Notes: a model not told the origin generated them from the letters alone. A stretch of 64,000 nt of DNA from Eledone cirrhosa (GCA_964016885.1 OZ024741.1:42098001-42162000), one strand, 5' to 3'. Counted from the first letter of the stretch, positions 41,501 through 53,311 are shown. Numbers and translations: made by a program.

Positions 41501-42193
41501 AGCACACATCCACATGCCTTCTCTCCAGCATCTCCGCTATCTCACCAGATCTACCTGTTAGAGTGCCAACAGTAAGTGTGGCAACTCTGAGATGCGACGT
41601 CTCGTTCTTTTTCCTGTTGTGCGATTGCTTGATGACGGTCGTGGAGTTCTCACACATGGCCTCACTAGCCACCCCACTACCGTGCACAGCCCTAACATGG
41701 TTAGTGCTATTGCTGTTTATGCAGTTGTTATGCGATTGCTTGATGATGGTCAGGGGGTTCTCACACATGGCCGCACCAGCCACCCCACTACCGTGCGCAG
41801 CCCTAACATGGTTAGTATTATTGCTTTTTACGCAGTTGTTGCAAATCTCATTCGTTGTGCTCATAGTTTTTGGCAGTAGTATATATACTGTTTGGATGCC
41901 TTTTGTTAACACCAGCACCACTTTACAGGATGGACTGGGTGCTTTTATTCGTGCCACCAGCACTAGAGAGGTTGTCTTACTGGACTCAGGGGCCCTATCC
42001 ACTGCTCCATTTTACAGCATGGACTGGGTGCTTTTATTCATGCCACCAGCACTAGGGAAGTTGTCTTACTGGACTTAGGGGACTTCTCTATGCATCACCA
42101 ATTTATTCGGAGTGGTAGCTCTCCTAGACGGATTGCCTACACTACGGCTTACAGAGCCTCCGTCCGCCCCTTGTCTGCTCAATAATATATTCA
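38511..42193 (-). mobile_element. RTE-clade LINE, full length, degraded (family 2)
   Basis: APE (VQEVRW, GDFNSHVG), RT (FVDLDKAF, HQGSVL, YADDL), PHD-like Cys cluster, GRPRKTW, (GAT)n tail directly after the stop. Confidence 0.93.
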
Positions 42194-42406
42194 CCATCTA
42201 ACCCATGCTAGCCTGGAAGAACGGACGTAAAACGGTGATGATGATGATGATGATGATGATAAATATATATGTATATATGCAGAAAACTTGTGTAGATTAG
42301 AAAGATATGAAGCTTGCATGTTCTAATGGATGTGCAATAGTAATATACGCGACCGAATGATGATGTATCTCTATATATATATATATGTATATATGTATAT
42401 ATATAT

Positions 42407-42481
<75 letters not shown>

Positions 42482-42599
42482 ATAATTTTGGGGGGATCAA
42501 ACTGCTAATAAAAACACACGCACCTGTTGGTTTTCATTTCAATTTATTATAAATTTCCGGTTGGCTGATTGGTTCAATAACCGGAAGGTTGTTTAAATA

Positions 42600-42645
42600 T
42601 TGTCAAATCTCTTTTGTCACACATTCTGTGACTTCCTCAGTGACT
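42600..42645 (-). ncRNA. Degenerate hammerhead in probable PLE pLTR remnant
   Basis: TCA-CTGAGGA-AGTCAC-AGAATGT-GTGAC-AAAAGAGATTTGA (GAAA box mutated). Confidence 0.4.
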
Positions 42646-43440
42646 GGGTTTTATTTTCTCTTTCTCGTTTTTTCTATCCTACACCAACAAGATGGGTATT
42701 TTAAGCTGTGATCATATTACAGCTACTTCAGTCACTATGTGAGAATGCTAGACACTAGTGTTTCATGATTTTTATCCATCTTCAGTTATCTTTACTTGTT
42801 ACTGAGGCAAAACATGCTTTTGTTTATATATGGATTTTGTGTGTTAAATATCTGCTAGAAATGCTCATTTGCAGATAGGGTGGATTTGATGGAGGGAAGG
42901 CCGAAAGGGTGTTATGTCTGCTCTTTAATGCATGAGTACCTAACTTGTAGCTAAAGCATTTTATATACTACCAAGTCATACTTGATTGTGGGTGATAGCT
43001 GTAGTGTTATATATACACATATATATATATATATCATTCACAATCAATTATCTTGCTTTTAACATTCACTATTTTCTTTCACCTCTTTCTTTAAATTCCT
43101 TTACATCTTAATCAACACTCCATCACTCCCACCCTCATTACCCCCCCCCCCCCCCCCGGCACACCCAAATCTCCTATATATAGAGTCACACATCACAACG
43201 CAACCTTAGATCAGTTTGACAACCACCATTGAGGAATGGGAAAGTTCTTCAGGAAAGTTAGTTAACCAGGAATCTTAAAAAAAAAAAAAATCCACCGAAG
43301 TTAACAAAAAACTTACTAGATCTATAAAACAAAATTGTAAAATTATAATATTATAAAATTAAATTGTTTAGAACTAGAAGTGAAGTCATTCTTTTCCTTT
43401 TTTCAAATATACCTAACTATACCAAGGATTTCACACATTT

Positions 43441-43477
<37 letters not shown>

Positions 43478-44197
43478 ATATATTTTCACATATACACACA
43501 TGTTTATACAAATATATATATCAGTCTAAAATCTTTTCCTGAGTCCAACCATTCTCGTTGCTGTGGTAATGCGGCTGGACTGCCGATCGCTATATTTGAT
43601 TTGCTAAGCTGTCTAAACGTATTGTTATTACTCTGGGGTACTATCCCCATCCGAGTGCTAAAGCTACATACCGAATTTGCATTCGTTAGCTTGGCCGCAA
43701 ACTAAAGCTTCGATAATGCTGTACTAAAATTTGTATAAACATATATATATAGATTCATATATACACACATATATGCTGAAAAGGAGCCATTCCACTCTTG
43801 CAAGCAAGGAAAAGCAGATGTAAAATGATGCTGATGATGATGATGCATATACATCCACATCCACACACACACATGTATAAAAAGGAAAGGTGAAAAAGCA
43901 CAAATATATATTTAAAGATTAACTTTTCTTTAATCTGACAGAATGAATAATTTTATAATTGTTGTATTAAATATAACCGGTTTCATTGCTGTGACAACCT
44001 CCTCAAATATTAAATATTTAAAAAAATGTTTTTTCATGTACTTTGTGAGCAGTTTGAATATATGTAAAATTTCTGTCAAATGTTCTTATATGTTCATTAT
44101 GAAGGTGTGGTGGTAAAGGTGGAAGTGGGATTCAACGGGTTAGGATTCAATTGAATTCACTTGGTTAAAAATAGAGAATGTTTCTACCATTCATAAT

Positions 44198-44408
44198 AAT
44201 GGTTTCTAATATAGGCACAAGGCCAGCAACTTGGGGTGGAGGGGAAAGTCGATTAAATCGACCCCAGTGCGTTACTGGTGCTTTATTTTATCGACCCCGT
44301 AAGAATGAAAGGCAGAGTTAACCTCGGCAGGATTTGAACTTAGATCATAAAGGGCAGTAGCTCTATGCTGTAAAGCATGTTGTCCGACACTCTACCGATA
44401 CTGCCATT
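44198..44408 (-). mobile_element. SINE family A, long variant
   Basis: Match to the 27753 variant. Confidence 0.85.
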
Positions 44409-44574
44409 TGATTTTGTGTGTAGGTATTAAGGTGGGGGTTCAATTCTGTCAAAAGGTCAGTTTTGGGGGTTTGTGGAAGAAGCTGAAAATAGTTAAGAGT
44501 TGATATAGAGGTTTTCTTTTGTCGTGTGGTGAGAGAGAGAGCGAGAGAGAGAGAGAAAGTAAATTTATTCTTAG

Positions 44575-44762
44575 ATCATTTGACAGTATCGGTAGACGGT
44601 GAGACGCCATGTTTTGCAGCATAGAGCTACGGCCCTTATGATATGAGTTCAAATCCCGCCGAGTTTAACTTTGCCTTTCATCCTTACGGGGTTGATAAAT
44701 GAAAGTACCAGTAATGTACTGTGGTAATTGTGGGCCATTTTGTCAAAAGTAGAAACAATTAT
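44575..44762 (+). mobile_element. SINE family A
   Basis: Match to family A unit. Confidence 0.8.
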
Positions 44763-45085
44763 TTACTGTCTAATGGGGAACAATTATATATTAAATTGTG
44801 GTTTGTATTTGATAATGAAATTATTATCAGTTGTTGAGTGAAATAATCTGAAAATTTGTAGAGTGGAAACATTTTGAAGTTGGGTTTGTCTAATCTAACA
44901 CATGTTGTGATGTGGCTGCTTCAGGGGATTTGTCTTACATTTACATCACAGATTTGTTGGTGGTGTATGGTCATTCTTTTGTGTAATGAAATTCCCGTTT
45001 GCCTGATATAACTTTGCAGACATCCACAGCATGTAATCAGCACTTCATAGTCAGCCAATGGACATTTCAGTCCTCTGTGTGTGTG

Positions 45086-45165
<80 letters not shown>

Positions 45166-45209
45166 AGAAAAAATTTACGAAATGGAAATGCGGGTATATA
45201 GAATTTATT

Positions 45210-45326
45210 AGGTAACAATTGTTTCTATAGTGTATGAGTTACCTATACCTCGCTATTTGAATAATACACAAATATTATCAAAAACCGAAAGTACACTGTA
45301 AGCCAACACACCATGTCATCAGACCT
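45210..45326 (-). ncRNA. Hammerhead ribozyme with very long stem II loop
   Basis: AGGT-CTGATGA-CATGGTGT...ACACTATA-GAAAC-AATT-GTT|ACCT. Confidence 0.65.
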
Positions 45327-45667
45327 TTGTATTAGAATGATATGAAAATATTTTATACACTAGATAAAAGATAAAGAAGGAGGTAGGAAGAGAAGGGGAA
45401 GAGGGAAGTGAGTAAGGTGGAGGGAGTCTTAGGGTTTAAGACTGTCAGACTAGTAGAGATTGTGAAGAGAGAATGTTTTGGCAGCAGTTAGCTTAATGGG
45501 GCGTGCTAAGGTTGGCTGGGAAGTAAATACTTCTAGTGGTGTTGTTCGGACAAAATTCAGTTAGAGGGGTCAAAGTGGTACAATGTCACAGACAAGTTAT
45601 TAGGGCTATTATAGTAGCAGGTTATTTCTAAAGGGGTCCAGAAAAACAGTGTTTAGTACTATTATTT

Positions 45668-45845
45668 GGCAGTATCGGTAGAGGGTCGGACGCCATACTT
45701 TCCAGCATAGTTACGTCCCTTTACGATCTGAGTTCAAATCCCGCCGAGGTTGACTTTGCCTTTCATCCTTACGGGGTCGATAAAATAAAGTACCAGTAAT
45801 GCACTGGGTAATTGCTGGCCTTGTGCCTAAAGTAGAAACAATTAT
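45668..45845 (+). mobile_element. SINE family A inside the PLE 3' region
   Basis: Match to family A unit. Confidence 0.88.
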
Positions 45846-47269
45846 TATAGAAAGCCATATCTAGTGTATAAACATATAAAACAGAAATTTGCAAACGTTG
45901 GTGTGAAAAGGTAACATTATATGCATTTAAAAAAAGAAAAAGTCGTTTTCAAACGATGGTTACAGTATAGAGAACGTTCAATTTTGCTGTTCAAAAGTTT
46001 GTTTACCGACGTTAAAATGCAGTATATCTCTAAGTTGCATAACTTGCAGAATCGATGATTTTGCTGATATGCAGGCGCAGCTGCAATAATTTGCCAATCA
46101 AGGGAGAACGCTTGATTGTTCCTCCGAAGCTGCCAGGCTTTATCGGCGAGGGTTGTTACGGAGCGCATTTTCTCGTGCCTGATCGAAGATCGATGTTGGT
46201 ATAGGCGAGCCTTGAAAGAAGTTGCGGTACATCCGACGTAATACCATTTGTTGGTCCCGGAATTTATTGTACACCGGTAGACAATATTGCGTGCTAGGCA
46301 CTGGTTATTCAGTGGGCACGTACCTGGTTTGGTGCAGTTACAACTATTTTTATGTTTTGCAGTAGAATCCTGGATAGTTTGGTGGGGTTGTGGTTGCGTG
46401 TTAGTGCGTTGCATGTTGCTATGCTGGTGCGCTGAGTCATTAGGGATGTACTTATTTAGTATTGCTGAGTTGAGTTTTCTAATTAGTTGTTCTATGTTAG
46501 GTGCAGTGGAGTATGAGAGTCTAATAGTGCGCGAGTTAAAGATTTTATAGTATTTATGTGAAGTTGTAAAGTGTTTATTGATTAGTGTATAGAATTGTGA
46601 GATAATCTTAGTGCTAATAGAAGAATTGTACACGGGGTTATACCATATGTACTCTCTACGTCTGACTCTATTTGCTGGTTTGCACCTGTTAGTATGCCTA
46701 TTGATGTGTGTATGTGGTGCAATACCAGTTCGACTTAGATGTGTTTTATTCCTAGTACTTATGTGGTTATCGTCTAGATATTCAATTTTCTCGCAGTAAC
46801 CAGCTTTTCTAAGTGCGTCATTATAATATTCAGCATGCTCGTTGAAGGTTTGCAAATTAGACAACAGTCGGGAGATCCTTATGGATATATTTTTAGGGAT
46901 AGATTTAATAATGGAATGAGGATGGTTCGATTTTACATTAACGTACTTAAGATTTTCATTAAGTTTGTGAAATGGCTCTATATTACCGTTATTAAGGTTG
47001 AAGGTAACATCCAAGAAGTTGACCACCTTAAGATTGTGTTCAAAGGTAATATTAAGCCCTAGTTCTAAGAAAAGTTTCCTAATGTTTTTACGCCGCCTTT
47101 CTAGGTTTTGATTGTTCATATTCTTGACTAATAGAAGTGTATCGTCGCGGTATATTCCGCCGTGGAGGTCCGTAAATTCGCTCTGGAGTCTATGGGCTAT
47201 ATAGATCCCAACCAAATCCGTGACCTCCGCCGAATCATTAGAACCCATCGTAATGTCGAATTTCGAGGG

Positions 47270-47330
<61 letters not shown>

Positions 47331-47336
<6 letters not shown>

Positions 47337-47823
47337 TAAACGGAATAGAAAATGCTGACAAATTGTTCACAGTTGAAAAATGGTTTAATTAGGAATAAAA
47401 GAGTATTAGTGATTGTATGGGTTAGTATTCAGTTGTGGTTTTAAGTTTTTAAGTTTTTACCGGTTGCGCATTTCTAAATGCTTTTCAAAAATAATTTTGA
47501 GATAGAGTGTCCGTGCTGTTTGCTCTGATCTGATTAGTTTTGGGAATTCTACCTGTTTTTATGTTTAAAAAGTGGCTCCAGCGTTATTTTTGTGTTGCAA
47601 AAATGCTTGTGGTCAAAACAATTTTGATTGGTCGGTAGAGGTCATGTGAATGTAAAAAGTTGATTTTGCGCCAAGACTGTTTTTATGTTAAAAAAGTGGC
47701 TCCAGCAAAAATTCTTGGTCAAAACAATTTTGATTGGTCGGTAGAGGTCATGTGGATAAAAAATTGGTTTTGCGCCAAGATTGAGAAATGACTCTTTCAC
47801 AACAAATATGTGTGTGTGTGTGT

Positions 47824-47877
<54 letters not shown>

Positions 47878-48117
47878 GTGTGTGTGTGTGTGTAGTAGTA
47901 GTAGTAGTAAGGTGTTCGATGCACACACACACATATATACACAAACACATACACACGTGTACATCAACATACAAAGAGACTTATACACACACACACACAC
48001 GCACTTCTCTGTATAAGACAAAAGCTGAAAAATATCTTTTGACATGCTAAAATACCCCCCATTGCTTTCAGACACATTCTTACTGACCTTCGAATTACTC
48101 TGTTATACACACACACA

Positions 48118-48161
<44 letters not shown>

Positions 48162-48232
48162 ATCTTAATAGCCATTTGACACACATCGCTGCTGGCCATT
48201 GTCGCAGCATCGAACACCTTACTACTACTACT

Positions 48233-48270
<38 letters not shown>

Positions 48271-48273
48271 GCA

Positions 48274-48312
<39 letters not shown>

Positions 48313-48663
48313 TTGTTGTGAAAGAGTCATTTCTCAATCTTGGCGCAAAACCAATTTTTTATCCACATGACCTCTACCGACCAATCAAAATTGTTTTGAC
48401 CAAGAATTTTTGCTGGAGCCACTTTTTTAACATAAAAACAGGTAGAATTCCCAAAACTAATCAGATCAGAGCAAACAGCACGGACACTCTATCTCAAAAT
48501 TATTTTTGAAAAGCATTTAGAAATGCGCAACCGGTAAAAACTTAAAAACTTAAAACCACAACTGAATACTAACCCATACAATCACTAATACTCTTTTATT
48601 CCTAATTAAACCATTTTTCAACTGTGAACAATTTGTCAGCATTTTCTATTCCGTTTACCAATA
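47331..48663. repeat. Fold-back: arms 47331-47922 and 48207-48663
   Basis: Near-identical inverted arms including (CA)n and (TAC)n; left arm has an extra ~125-bp tandem duplication. Confidence 0.9.
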
Positions 48664-49006
48664 TATAATAACTTGTGTGTTACACCTCTATTCTTTTAAC
48701 TATATATATATATATATATATATATAATAAGCCATGTCCCTCCATGTGCATATATATAAATATATGTGTGTATACATATATGTGTGTATATATACACACA
48801 TATATGTATATATATATATTTATATATAGATATAGATATAGATAGGTAAATATACACGGGTGTGTATGATTGTGTATAAAAGATTATATTAATAAGAGGA
48901 ATTCCAACTTTGTCTGATTTACTCGTTTTATTTACAATCCTTTAAAATATATATAATGGTATTATAATGAAATAGTATGATAGAATATTAAATTCTAAGT
49001 GTTAAT

Positions 49007-49045
49007 TGAACAAGTACTTTCATGCTTTCGCAATCTTCAGGTTCA
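49007..49045 (-). ncRNA. Minimal hammerhead ribozyme in Neptune pLTR
   Basis: TGAAC-CTGAAGA-TTGC-GAAA-GCAT-GAAAG-TA-CTT|GTTCA; 5-bp stem I, palindromic stem III. Confidence 0.8.
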
Positions 49046-49421
49046 TGATATGTGGTGTCAGTCGAGTTTGCAATTTTCAACTGTAATGAGATGGGTAAAT
49101 TTCCTACCTTTTATACATTTTATACAGAGAAAAGTGGCTCCAGAATGCAAAGCCCTGTAAACTGTATTTCGACCAATCAGTGTGTAGTTTCACTGAATTA
49201 CTACAGCTGATTGGTTTAAGCGTCACGGCTGGTTGAGCATGCTAACGACGAATAGTCATATCCAACGTATCAATTGTTATGCTTTTTTTGAAATGATGAA
49301 AATAGCATTTTCTATTAATCATCACCATCAACATCACTTTTATTATTATTATTATTGTTGTTGTTGTTGTTGTTAGTGGTAGTGGTCATAGTGGTAGTAG
49401 AAGTAATACCCCTATGCGTTA

Positions 49422-51746
49422 TTATTGTTCATTTAGCTTGGGTTTGAATTTATCAATAAAATTCTTTTCTTTGATTTTTCTCTTGATTTCACTTGGGCTG
49501 TGTAATTTGTAGAATGGGAATATTATAAATATTCCCTGACCACATGTTGCCAGGTGGCCGCTTAGGGGTATCTGACGGACATTTGGGTCTCTGATTTGTT
49601 GACGGTGTACCCGTGCACGTTCCGATAGTGCATTTCCAGTTTGACCGACATATAGTTCTTCACAATTCGGGCATTTAATGCAGTAAATTAGATTTCTGCT
49701 TTTGCAGTTCATATTTGCATTTGGGAATATTTTTCCAGTTTTTGTTTTCATATATTGACCGGCGTGTATGGATTGACATGTGCCGCATCGATTATCATTG
49801 CATTTAGATACAGTGAATGATTGGTCTTTGTTGTTAAGGTCAAACTTTGCTTTTGTTAGCAATTGCTTCAAATTTTTTGGCTGTCTTTTACTAAGAGTCA
49901 AAGATCGATCTGTGATTAAGCCTTTTAATTCATTACTTTGAGCAATGATCGGTAGGTTTGCTTTGGCAGTGTTGAAGATATTCTGGTGACATGGGTTGTG
50001 TGTCATTATAAATGGTATGACCAGTTCTTGGTTTCTTCTTCCTTGGGTTGTTCTAAGTTGTTGTATAGGTATTTTTATAGCCCGCTGTATGCCATTTTCT
50101 ATAAGTAGAGATGGGTATTTTTGCTTGAGCAAAAATTCTCTTAGTTCTGTTAGGCGTTTGTACCTGGTATTCGTATCTTCTACAATGGTACAAATTCTTC
50201 TGGCTAGGCAGTATGGGATGTTGCGTTTTGTATGAGGTGGATGGCACGACTTAAAATTCAGATATTGATGGGTGTCTGTGTATTTATAATATATATCCGT
50301 GGTAATGGTGGTGTCGTTTTTGATTATCATTATATCTAGGAATGGTAATTTGGTCCTACTCATCTCTTTTGTGAATTGGCGAGATGGGTGTAGGTTATTC
50401 AGGAGGATATTGAACTCATCCAGAGTATCTAGGGATTCTGTCCAGATGATGAAACAGTCGTCAAGGTATCTCTTCCAAGATTTTTCAATGTACTTTCTAA
50501 AGTCAGTACTATATTTTTCCTCTATTTCTTGGTAGAGTTGTTGTTCTAAGTATCCCATTACAGAGTTCGCGTAAACGGGAGCAAACTTCGTTCCCATCGC
50601 TGTGCCTCTAATTTGGATGTAATTCTTTCCATTGAAGAAGAAAGTGTTGTTTTCCAGAATAAGTTTAACTGCGTCTAATATAAATGGCACTGTGAATCTA
50701 ATGGGAATCACTTCTCTATGTTTTTCTACCCAGTATTTAACCGCCTTTATTCCTAAATCATGTGTAATGTTGGTGTAAAGGCTTACCACATCAAAACTGA
50801 GTAGAAGTGAATTCGTTTCCGTGGTTTTGGGAAGATGGGACAGGAAGTCGATATCATCCCGGATGAAACTGGGTATGTGAATACATAGTGGTTTCAAAAT
50901 AATGTCAACAAAATTGCTTAGACGGTGAGTGGGGCATGTTGGACCAGCTATAATAGGTCTAAGTTTTAAGTCTTTTGGGTGTAATAATTTAATGTACTCA
51001 CTGTTTTGTTCTCTTACTGCCAGTTGTATTTCTTTTGACTATGAACTTTCGGTAGGCCATACAGGTTGCTGGGTTTCGGCTCAACATTGGTGATGTAGTC
51101 TCTTTCCTTATCAGTAAATGAGTTGTGGTATTTTGAAGCCAGGTTGTTGATCTTCTTCATGATGTTGTGGTCTATATTTGACGGTATTTCATGATAGAAT
51201 GTTGTGTCTTTCAGTTGTTCCTCAACCAAATCCTTGTAGTATTCAGTATCCATTATAACAACTGCACCCCCTTTATCTGCTTGTTTAATTATTATTGTTT
51301 TATCATTTTGTATACGTTTAAGTGCAGACATTTCTGATTTGTTAATGTTTGGCCTAACATTAGTATTATGTCTAAGAGGAAATTTAGACAGGATGTCAAT
51401 GTATTACGAGATAGATATTTCTTCCTTTTGGCGGAGTGAAATTTGATTTATTCTTTACTAGTGATTCATCACTCTCATTATTTTTATCAGCGAAGAATTC
51501 TACAAGACGTAATTTTCGACAGAATTCTTGGGTATCCTCCTTCAGTTCTTGGTGGTTGACTGTTGGAGTCGGTGTGAATTTCAGTCCTTTTGACAGAATT
51601 TGCATTTCATCATTGTCAAGATCTCTTTTAGATAAATTAATTATTTTAGGATCTACGTGTACAGCTGTTTGGGGTATGTTTCCTCCTGGAGTTTTTCTTT
51701 TTCCGGTTTTTGTTGTCCTGACATTAAAAAATGGATTTTTCTCTGT
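49422..51746 (-). pseudogene. PLE RT-GIY-YIG frame (frameshifts near 51400 and 51030)
   Basis: ORFs 51396-51605, 51014-51331 and 49422-50897 are consecutive parts of one PLE protein. Confidence 0.9.
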
Positions 51747-52984
51747 TCAGGATTTATATTCCTGTCGGTGTTCGCTTGATGAACTTTTGGTCGTGATATT
51801 ATATTTGGTTTCGTTATGTATTTTGTCCTATTTTTGGTATTCTGTATATTATTTTTCTTCCTGTTAGCATTATTTTTAACAATCTGGGAAAATGACCTAG
51901 GTTTGCTTTCAGGTTTAGATCGTTTTTTCGTCCAGTTTCTTGTGGGCAATCTCTGTTGAGATCTTGAGAGTGATCTGGTTATTCTACGTTTTGTTTCCAC
52001 ATTCCTTGTTGGTAGTCTCTGTTGAGATCTTGAGAATGATCTCCTGGTTTTACTACTTCTCATGGTCTGGTCAAAGGAATACCTATCGTGTTGGTGCTTT
52101 TTGTTCATGTTGTGTGCGATAGGGTGTTTTTGTAGAAAAAGCGAAGAGTTATTACCGTAGTTCTTCTTTGATTCAAGGTAAGGTGAGTGTTTGTGTTGGC
52201 ACGTGTTCTGGCGTATATTGTGTTGATGAGATTGTCCACTTTTAATGCTTTTTCTCAGGGTTCCAGAGTCTTTACCGTAATTTGCAGCATATTCATCGAG
52301 AAATAATTGTTTCTGCTGCCATACTTTTCTTGATTTGTTTTCTTCTTTTGAGATATCTCCGATCCATAGTTCTCGTAGTTTTTCAGCTATAATACCAGTC
52401 GTTAGCTTTGAAATTTCAACTTCAATTTGGTCATCAATAGCTTCATATTTGGCTTTGTAGCGGGATTGTTTACATTCAGAAATGGAGATGTCGGTCCTGA
52501 ATTTTGTCAATGTAAGTTCCCATCGGAGTTTTGTTTCTTCTTCTGGTTCTCCTGCAATTTCTGTAATTAGGTATTTACGAGGGAGTATGGGTGCCGTTAG
52601 AGAGAGCCATTTCGAATGTGTTTCGACATATTTTTCGCATCTGTATGCTTTCCAGAAATTTTGTTTTCTTATGTTGAGGAATTTTTTCCATGTCTTCCAC
52701 ATTTCTTTTCTTATTCGATGTGTTTTGTTTTCCAAATTTCTTTCGTTTATTTCTGACATCCAAGGGGGTTGTGGTAGGCTTTCTCTTGTATCTTTGATAA
52801 CTGTTGGTATAATTTGAGCTAAATTCTTAATTCCAGAGTTTATATGTTCAGTTTTAAGTTTTCCGTCTGTAGATTGTTTTTCTATTTCCTTTAAAATAGA
52901 GGATTGTGTGTTCATCATCGTGATAAGTGTTGATAATTTCGATGATATCTCCTTTAGAATTCTTTCTGATTCTGTTGGTTTCAT
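51653..52984 (-). CDS. Unknown ~443-aa basic, probably helical ORF upstream of the PLE RT
   Basis: Long stop-free, non-repetitive frame in AT-rich DNA; overlaps the RT frame by ~90 nt; function unknown. Confidence 0.7.
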   Translation of the reverse strand: MKPTESERILKEISSKLSTLITMMNTQSSILKEIEKQSTDGKLKTEHINSGIKNLAQIIPTVIKDTRESLPQPPWMSEINERNLENKTHRIRKEMWKTWKKFLNIRKQNFWKAYRCEKYVETHSKWLSLTAPILPRKYLITEIAGEPEEETKLRWELTLTKFRTDISISECKQSRYKAKYEAIDDQIEVEISKLTTGIIAEKLRELWIGDISKEENKSRKVWQQKQLFLDEYAANYGKDSGTLRKSIKSGQSHQHNIRQNTCQHKHSPYLESKKNYGNNSSLFLQKHPIAHNMNKKHQHDRYSFDQTMRSSKTRRSFSRSQQRLPTRNVETKRRITRSLSRSQQRLPTRNWTKKRSKPESKPRSFSQIVKNNANRKKNNIQNTKNRTKYITKPNIISRPKVHQANTDRNINPEQRKIHFLMSGQQKPEKEKLQEETYPKQLYT

Positions 52985-52992
52985 TTGTTGGG

Positions 52993-53311
52993 AGGCACAT
53001 GGCTTAATGGTTAGAGCATTTGCCCTGCAATCGAAAGGTTGTGAGTTCAATTCTCAGACCGGGTGATGTGTTGTTTCCTTGAGCAAGACACTTTATTTCA
53101 CATTGCTCCAGTGTACTCAGCTGTAGAAATAAGATGATAGGACTAGAGTCGATATCATTCCACTGCAAAGTGGTCGTGGAAGTGCCACACCAAAAAAGCA
53201 CCCAGTGCTCACTGTAAATGAGGTTGGTGTTAGGAAGGGAATCCAGCTGTAGAAATCAAGCCAGAATCAGTTCCCATCCCACCCTTGCAAGCAAGGAAAA
53301 GCGGTCGTAAA

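Larger units (their letters stand above)
43900..45075 (-). mobile_element. 3' remnant of a Neptune-like PLE (GIY-YIG + pLTR), interrupted by two SINEs
   Basis: Minus strand ~44890-45050 reads CCGCLQSYIRQTGISLHKRMTIHHQQICDVNVRQIP*SSHITTC, homologous to the end of ORF 49422-50897; degenerate hammerhead TTGAGGA...GAAACCGGTTA at ~43972-44010. Confidence 0.7.
45165..47272 (-). mobile_element. Penelope-like element (Hydra-clade-like), 5' truncated, in (TA)n
   Basis: Uninterrupted 443-aa ORF 45917-47248: MGSNDSAE, GIYRDD, NFLDV, SNHP, CNC..CPL..C, VYR..YVG..RLYQH. Confidence 0.92.
48880..52990 (-). mobile_element. Neptune-like Penelope element with long upstream ORF
   Basis: INLS..LSKGLKFTPTP, ADKGGAVV, YGLPKVH, FDVVSLYT, GTAMGT, RYLDD, PFLD, Cys linker CNDNRCGTC, GIY-YIG with CCHH (LIYCIKCPNC..YVGQT..H..H). 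Confidence 0.93.

Noticed and set aside
44198-44762. TIR element formed by inverted SINE A pair
   Set aside because: The two SINEs are different variants and diverged; independent insertions are simpler
52985-53050. First 22 residues of ORF 51653..53050
   Set aside because: Mostly antisense translation of the SINE B head; same peptide appears in ORF 36579..36815
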